Source of the DNA: Phoronis australis | Lineage: Eukaryota; Animalia; Phoronida | Reading direction: 5' to 3' | DNA length: 53,639 nt | NCBI GenBank assembly: GCA_002633005.1 | Contig: NMRA01000113.1 | Location: forward strand, 694,239 to 747,877 | Part shown: piece after piece, positions 51,001 through 53,639 of the stretch | Layout: every line of letters starts with the position of its first letter | Numbering within the stretch: the first letter of the stretch is position 1 | The notes under the pieces: generated by a model | Databases searched by the model: none | What the model was told of the DNA's origin: nothing | The model's input: the letters and a program-made list of their open reading frames with translations, nothing else | Program-made: the position numbers and the translations under genes

Positions 51001-53259
51001 ATTTATGTATGAGTGCAGTATGCCGTCACCCCTGTCCGTCTGGCGTCCGTCCAGTGTCCATTGCTCTATCTCCAAAACCTTTTGATGTATGTTCATGAAC
51101 TTTTGCACATGGATGGGACGGCATGAGCAACCGATGTGCCCCCTAGTGGCAATTTTGTTTTTGTACATTTAACTCAAAGGTCCTCAATGGATTTTTATAA
51201 AATTTGGAGTATAGGCATCTATTAGTGAGATGACACTGTCCTCATGTTTCAGATGGATGCAAAGTATTTTGCACCATGTCGTGGCCATTTTTAACTGTTT
51301 TTTGGCATCCGCCCCTCTATCAACAAAACCAGTCTAAGGATGATTGTGAAAATTGACATGTTCCTACTGTGAAGAGGATGGCTGGCGATGATTTTCCAAC
51401 GACTTTGACTACTGTGGCGCCTCCTTATGGTAATTCTGTTTTGTGCGCCGATGGCTCTTTCTCCTAAACCCTCGACGGGGTCTTTATTAAATGTAGCAAG
51501 TGTATTCAGTAGAAGTTGGCAACGAACGACGACGACTTTCATACGGATCCAACTAACGCTGTTCCCTCTAGTGGCAATAACATTTCGATGACTTCACGTT
51601 TTTTAGACAGATTTGATGTTTGCACTACCTGGTGGCCACTTTAAAATTTTTGAGTATGTTTTTACTGTCCGTTAAGCCACTCAAAGGTTATCATGAAAAT
51701 TGACAGATGTGTTCTTCATGAGAAGGGTGACGTTGATTTTTGGATAGGTTCTACTGGTCTGTCATCGTCTAGTGGCAATTTTGTTTTTGCATCAATGGCT
51801 GTATCTCCCTAACTCTTTGGAGGGTCTTTGTGAAATTTGGCAGATGTGTTTCTTTGGAGGTGGCAACAAATGATGAGTTTCTGACCAATCTGACTACACC
51901 TGTGCCCCGTTGTGGCAATTTTAGTTGTTTACATGTTCTTCTGTATCTTTGAAATTCATGGATGGATTTTCACAAAATTTGGCAAATAGGTTTCTATTAA
52001 GGAGACAATAAGTCTTTTCATTTTCAGACATATTCGACATATTCTCTGCCACCTTGTGGCCATTTTTATTATTGCAAGTCTACTTCTGATGTTGGCCGTT
52101 GTATCTGCCAAATTGCTCAAAGGATCACTTATTAAACTTAACAGTTGTGTTTCTGATGAGAAGACCATGACTGATGTTGATTTTTGGTGATTTTGCATTT
52201 TTGCGACCATGGCTGTAGCTCGTGATTCCTTTGCTGGAACTTTGTCAACTTTTACAGGTGTTTTCCTATAAATGTGACCACTGTACTTACTTATTGAATG
52301 GCTGTGACTACCTTAGTGGGAATTTTTAGTTTTATGTTCGTCTCTATTTGTATGGAGTTCCTTAGTGGATTTTCATGAAATTTAGCAAATAGATTTGCAT
52401 TGAAGATATGAAGACACCTTCCCTATGCCGGATGACTCGATGTACTCTCCGCCATTTAATGGCCATTCTTATGATCGTATAAAAAACCTTAGGAGCACAC
52501 CGTTTGTGGTGCAGTTGTGAGCACATTTCAATGCTCCGCATTGCTCTTGCAGTTTTTGGTAGGATTCTCCTTGTTCATCAATTGATCTATCGCAAGTTCC
52601 ACCCCCTTGCGTAATGTTGACTGACAAACAACAAGTTTTACCTGGCAACGAGTTGTTTGTCGGGTAAAATGGCACCTTGGAAAAGAAGGTGTGTCAGTAA
52701 TGCTGCGTTCTAAGTGGTCAGTTAAGCCGTCACTCAAAATCCTGGTGATAGGTCAATTATTGTCAAAGCAGCTTGTCAGATTTTGATGGTTAATATTATC
52801 AAATGTGTGAAGTATCAACCGTGTTTCAGTCGTTCTTAGTTGGTGGTGATCTTGAGTAAGATGTTACTGACGATATTTGTACTTGTAGGTGGAGCATAAT
52901 ACAGGCCTATAACTTGTTTGTCATCTTCGCCAAGGCCTGTCTGCAGGTAAACTGTCTTCACTTTTCACTGTGTGGTTAATGTTTCTGATTTTCTGACCAA
53001 TTTTGTGTCAGTATTCAATGTCTAGTTGTTCTTCTAAATTTAAGCCAGTGCTTGCTGGTTACATGTATACAATGTTTCGGCTACAGTATCCTGTCTGTTC
53101 ACCTGCCTAAAGCGATGTTTAAACATCAGCCAGTTAACAAGGACTGCTTTTTGTAGGTGGTAGCCTGTGTCTTCATCAAAGACTTAATCCAGTCTCCGAA
53201 CAATGAAGGATGCATTTTGATTCAACTCTTCAACATTGTATGTCTGCAGGACCCCTCAG
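14936..53259 (+). CDS. Piezo: Piezo-type mechanosensitive ion channel component, N-terminal ~1197 aa (24 spliced coding exons; 3' part lies beyond the window)
   Basis: join(14936-15005,18859-18954,21107-21241,23426-23921,24217-24382,27791-27871,32264-32446,33328-33582,36762-36864,37828-37881,39646-39785,40085-40230,40655-40801,41335-41414,41990-42129,44326-44511,47674-47766,47992-48192,48562-48772,49526-49621,49785-49950,50190-50375,52889-52946,53157-53259) is open throughout, with GT-AG introns. It contains Piezo-family motifs: PS(V)LSAVYF, YLYQF, MMAWSIVYHSWLSFVLL, SKYWIFVC, IYTYQF, DIGLE, WRLLEVHIFK, NYAFYKFGVE, YPW, ADFFQLLFAC, TYLDVLK. Confidence 0.96.
16430..17155 (+). repeat. Minisatellite, ~70-bp unit, about 10 copies
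   Basis: caatactagagtatagcctcacatagccacaccct...cctacaacaaggtgcattgtat recurs at 16511, 16581, 16649 and onward. Confidence 0.95.
18859..18954 (+). CDS. Piezo: Piezo coding exon 2 (ATIFRINFLSLVYGCLLLVSPLLPCPSATSMK)
   Basis: ttttcag|CC ... T|GTAAGT; 96 nt, phase 1-1; R..LSLVY..LL..P..P motif. Confidence 0.93.
19050..20495 (+). mobile_element. Degenerate HINE family A core fragments (about 19050-19445 and 19840-20495)
   Basis: gtgccccctagtggcaatttt near 20138 and related subunits. Confidence 0.7.
20496..20687 (+). repeat. Minisatellite, 17-bp unit ACGACATTTGGACGATG, about 11 copies
   Basis: Direct tandem copies; these explain the repetitive ORFs 20362..20730 and 20399..20638. Confidence 0.95.
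21107..21241 (+). CDS. Piezo: Piezo coding exon 3 (SHTARYLRALTSISLLFIVGRAIFQ...LLPD)
   Basis: tttcag|CT ... T|GTAAGT; 135 nt, phase 1-1; HT.R.LR motif. Confidence 0.92.
21988..22510 (-). repeat. Dispersed repeat, inverted partner of 11685-12200
   Basis: Contains the reverse complement of the 11685-12200 copy, including the 64-nt exact match at 22078-22141. Confidence 0.9.
23426..23921 (+). CDS. Piezo: Piezo coding exon 4 (CTTSAAIARQFG...VRLVVPD...PSVLSAVYF...YLYQF...FYAR)
   Basis: tttgtag|GT ... AG|GTATGT; 496 nt, phase 1-2; core of ORF 23413..23991. Confidence 0.95.
24217..24382 (+). CDS. Piezo: Piezo coding exon 5 (RLFGLTGLVTPNC...WTEFVSPGVILLFYY...WMSIP)
   Basis: tttcag|G ... CCA|GTGAGT; 166 nt, phase 2-0. 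Confidence 0.93.
24696..24755 (+). CDS. Piezo: Candidate extra (cassette) Piezo exon 5b, LCKLWGKRRRIQKIDKSPSL
   Basis: Strong acceptor tttgtttttgtttag|, 60 nt open in phase 0-0, donor CTG|GTTAGA; fits between exons 5 and 6 without a frameshift; no homology support. Confidence 0.45.
27791..27871 (+). CDS. Piezo: Piezo coding exon 6 (KAEREEHALRAVSPKKSRRKNVPEERQ), cytoplasmic loop, possibly alternative
   Basis: actttcag| ... CAG|GTATTA; 81 nt, phase 0-0; purine-rich and charged, but the donor is weak. Confidence 0.7.
28384..29621 (+). mobile_element. HINE/DINE-1-like element family A, full-length copy
   Basis: 5' inverted repeat ending TGTGGGCACA, then a (GTCC)n microsatellite, ~145-bp core subunits, and 3' GTGGGCACATTTCAATGCTCCGTGTTGCTCTTGT (subterminal repeat plus hairpin). 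Confidence 0.8.
31001..31475. mobile_element. Harbinger-like MITE with ~35-bp TIRs and internal palindromes
   Basis: Left AGTCCTGTCCACACACAGCCTACGCTAGAACAA; right TTGTTCTAGCGTAAGTCTGTGTGTGGACGGCACT followed by TAA; an extra internal right end at about 31200-31235; TTGCACTAGTGCAA palindromes. Confidence 0.75.
32264..32446 (+). CDS. Piezo: Piezo coding exon 7 (MLIDDRTPS...INQSYLVTLIFMM)
   Basis: ccttttcag| ... ATG|GTGAGT; 183 nt, phase 0-0; QSY...LI.MM motif. Confidence 0.93.
32570..33085 (+). repeat. Minisatellite, ~45-bp unit, about 11 copies
   Basis: gtaatccttgtatactctggtgtaccatctcccacaactctctgt repeated in tandem. Confidence 0.92.
33328..33582 (+). CDS. Piezo: Piezo coding exon 8 (AWSIVYHSWLSFVLLLAACIIW...PLLVK)
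   Basis: ttgttgcag| ... AAG|GTAACT; 255 nt, phase 0-0; hallmark WSI.YHSWL.FVLL. Confidence 0.96.
33697..35205. mobile_element. Non-autonomous Tc1/mariner (pogo-like) DNA transposon, 1509 bp
   Basis: Perfect 23-bp TIRs CCGTATTCGCCGTAATAACCGCC (33697-33719 and 35183-35205); TA on both sides; subterminal TAAGCGCCC repeats; no intact transposase. Confidence 0.9.
35330..35960 (+). mobile_element. Highly degenerate HINE-like core fragment
   Basis: ggattcgactgccgtggctccc and gaaatttga subunit motifs. Confidence 0.5.
36762..36864 (+). CDS. Piezo: Piezo coding exon 9 (MMMFTGMFWLTLYQLTRSRH...RRGS)
   Basis: atttcag| ... C|GTAAGT; 103 nt, phase 0-1; FW.TL.Q motif. Confidence 0.9.
37090..37680 (+). mobile_element. 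Degenerate HINE family A core fragment
   Basis: gtgcctcctagtggcaattt near 37395; gtgaaatttggcggatg. Confidence 0.65.
37828..37881 (+). CDS. Piezo: Piezo coding exon 10, small exon (RLTHDHGEGFDSKEVRMA)
   Basis: ttgttggtttag|GC ... G|GTAGGT; 54 nt, phase 1-1, open. Confidence 0.72.
38236..39025. mobile_element. hAT-like MITE, 790 bp
   Basis: Perfect 13-bp TIRs CAGGGCTGCCAAC / GTTGGCAGCCCTG; flanks aaaatc / aaaatt (TSD imperfect). Confidence 0.78.
39646..39785 (+). CDS. Piezo: Piezo coding exon 11 (GLMVQKFLSKYWIFVC...YRIIYMVLFLFFVQIFQ)
   Basis: ttacag|GC ... CAG|GTAAGC; 140 nt, phase 1-0. Confidence 0.93.
40085..40230 (+). CDS. Piezo: Piezo coding exon 12 (FSYRFWRFILYGFWWFVIVYSMIVLLLIYTYQFE...NET)
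   Basis: acttttag| ... TC|GTATGT; 146 nt, phase 0-2. Confidence 0.94.
40655..40801 (+). CDS. Piezo: Piezo coding exon 13 (SIKDIGLEMY...LLTPTVFLIIVIIQLHIVHQPFLKISD)
   Basis: tttacag|T ... AA|GTGAGT; 147 nt, phase 2-2; DIGLE and QLH..H.PFL motifs. Confidence 0.94.
41335..41414 (+). CDS. Piezo: Piezo coding exon 14 (KGTEQRVQQTGSSSEEERETSLTEEVK)
   Basis: tttccag|A ... A|GTACGT; 80 nt, phase 2-1; required to join the phases of exons 13 and 15. Confidence 0.85.
41990..42129 (+). CDS. Piezo: Piezo coding exon 15 (KSKFF...FLWRLLEVHIFKLVVFTIVIVSLVN)
   Basis: atttcag|AA ... AAT|GTAAGT; 140 nt, phase 1-0. Confidence 0.94.
42850..43520 (+). mobile_element. HINE family A fragment interrupted by unrelated sequence (about 42925-43210)
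   Basis: gccacctagtagccattttt at about 42853; the core resumes at about 43215. Confidence 0.6.
43840..44270 (+). repeat. Minisatellite, 58-bp unit, about 7 copies
   Basis: attcatgagaacatagcccatctctcaccttcctacccctaccttaccaccggtacac repeated in tandem. Confidence 0.95.
44326..44511 (+). CDS. Piezo: Piezo coding exon 16 (VSAVSGVLVV...LMKMAFQL...CNFTGW)
   Basis: tttattgcag| ... TGG|GTAAGA; 186 nt, phase 0-0; KM..QL motif. Confidence 0.92.
44528..44902 (+). repeat. Minisatellite, 36-bp unit, about 10 copies
   Basis: tgtgggcagacattgaggtgtactggaggggtggga repeated in tandem. Confidence 0.95.
45720..45799 (+). pseudogene. tRNA-like sequence (tRNA-derived SINE head or tRNA pseudogene)
   Basis: A-box-like TGGTGTTGTGG at 45728-45738 and perfect B-box GGTTCGAATCC at 45771-45781; acceptor and anticodon stems pair poorly. 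Confidence 0.55.
45888..47553 (+). mobile_element. HINE/DINE-1-like element family A, full-length copy
   Basis: 5' TGTGCCCACATAT..., gtctgtctggcgtcc tract, 11 core subunits in a three-subunit higher-order repeat of about 410-440 bp, and the same 3' end as the 28384 copy. Confidence 0.82.
47674..47766 (+). CDS. Piezo: Piezo coding exon 17 (SSFLPNITEVNDAPWMGLDK...DYVV)
   Basis: gttttcag| ... GTG|GTAAGA; 93 nt, phase 0-0; W.GL.K motif. Confidence 0.9.
47992..48192 (+). CDS. Piezo: Piezo coding exon 18 (GYIFIILILSVE...DADEG...KFLFNYAFYKFGVE)
   Basis: atttcag| ... GAA|GTACGT; 201 nt, phase 0-0; NY.FYKFG.E hallmark. Confidence 0.96.
48374..48609 (+). repeat. 80-bp tandem triplication spanning the intron 18 / exon 19 boundary
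   Basis: tag|gtgtgtttcaccatgagc with exon-side starts at 48402, 48482 and 48562. Confidence 0.95.
48562..48772 (+). CDS. Piezo: Piezo coding exon 19 (VCFTMSIIVASVRMD...QYVLALGAPPGFCW)
   Basis: tattgtag| ... G|GTAAGT; 211 nt, phase 0-1; QY...LG.PP..C motif. Only the third of three tandem acceptors gives an open frame. Confidence 0.93.
49526..49621 (+). CDS. Piezo: Piezo coding exon 20 (VYPWGVSMFPAQLQQWMFLP...KLL)
   Basis: cttttcag|TT ... G|GTATGA; 96 nt, phase 1-1; YPW and W..LP motifs. Confidence 0.93.
49785..49950 (+). CDS. Piezo: Piezo coding exon 21 (ADFFQLLFACQLWTVFRLE...DFIAEK)
   Basis: ccaccag|CT ... AG|GTATTG; 166 nt, phase 1-2. Confidence 0.94.
50190..50375 (+). CDS. Piezo: Piezo coding exon 22 (RTYLDVLKAAVFQYFFWVT...FGYL...WFGEDLL...LLR)
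   Basis: ttttgcag|A ... GT|GTAAGT; 186 nt, phase 2-2. Confidence 0.95.
50636..52550 (+). mobile_element. HINE family A, composite copy (two 5' ends at about 50636 and 50985)
   Basis: 5' hairpin GCACCCACAT-ATTTT-ATGTGGGTGC; core subunits; 3' hairpin CAATGC-TCC-GCATTG near 52529-52543. Confidence 0.78.
52889..52946 (+). CDS. Piezo: Piezo coding exon 23 (VWSIIQAYNLFVIFAKACLQ)
   Basis: acttgtag|G ... CAG|GTAAAC; 58 nt, phase 2-0; W.....YN..VI..K..LQ motif. Confidence 0.92.
53157..53259 (+). CDS. Piezo: Piezo coding exon 24 (VVACVFIK...CILIQLFNIVCLQDPS)
   Basis: tttttgtag| ... G|GTATCT; 103 nt, phase 0-1; C.F...C..IQLF...C motif. Confidence 0.9.
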
Positions 53260-53334
53260 GTATCTCCACTTCATTATATTATGAGAAAATGACTGAGTTT
53301 TAGCTTCAGCTGGTGAAGTAATAACAGTTATTTT

Positions 53335-53639
53335 TGCCCATCAATGCCTTCTTCAGATAAAACTACTCACCAATTGACGCCTTCTTTAGATCAAACTACT
53401 GGCCCATTGATGCCTTCTTTAGATCGAACGACTCACCCATCAACGCCTTCTTGAGATCAAACAACTCGTCCATCGACGCCTTTAGTTCAAAATACTTTCC
53501 CATTAATGCCTTCTTTGGATCAAACTACTCACCCATCGACGCCTTCTTTAGATCAAACTACTCGCCTATTAACGCCTTCTTTAGGTGAAACTACTTGCCC
53601 ATCGACGCCTTCTTCATATCAAACTACTTGCCCATCGAC
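53335..53639 (+). repeat. Minisatellite, ~33-bp unit, at least 9 copies, runs off the window end
   Basis: cccatcgacgccttctttagatcaaactactcg repeated in tandem. Confidence 0.92.

Noticed and set aside
1-53639. Prokaryotic operon, defence system or second protein-coding gene
   Set aside because: No long ORFs are present; all convincing coding signal belongs to the spliced Piezo gene, and I saw no coherent minus-strand exon chain.

Overview
This is AT-rich metazoan genomic DNA (probably an invertebrate; inference from intron and repeat character), not prokaryotic, so almost all ORFs in the six-frame track are spurious. The window holds the 5' half of a + strand, intron-rich Piezo mechanosensitive ion channel gene. 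I assembled 24 coding exons by hand from ATG 14936 to 53259 with GT-AG borders and consistent phases (3592 nt, about 1197 codons, no internal stop); the gene continues past the window. There is one extra candidate cassette exon and a probable non-coding first exon upstream. The introns and 5' flank carry many non-autonomous DNA transposons: two Helentron/DINE-like (HINE) families, a Mutator-like foldback with a 9-bp TSD, plus Tc1/pogo-, Harbinger- and hAT-like elements. Several minisatellites sit next to exons. Most notable observations: (1) a HINE family whose roughly 145-bp core subunits each carry a CTCF-consensus-like motif; (2) a second, nested HINE carrying YY1/ETS/NRF1 motifs just upstream of the ATG exon; (3) a tandem triplication of the exon-19 splice acceptor that creates two poison acceptors; (4) a roughly 500-bp inverted repeat pair bracketing coding exons 1-3. 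All functional interpretations are inferences; no database searches were run.
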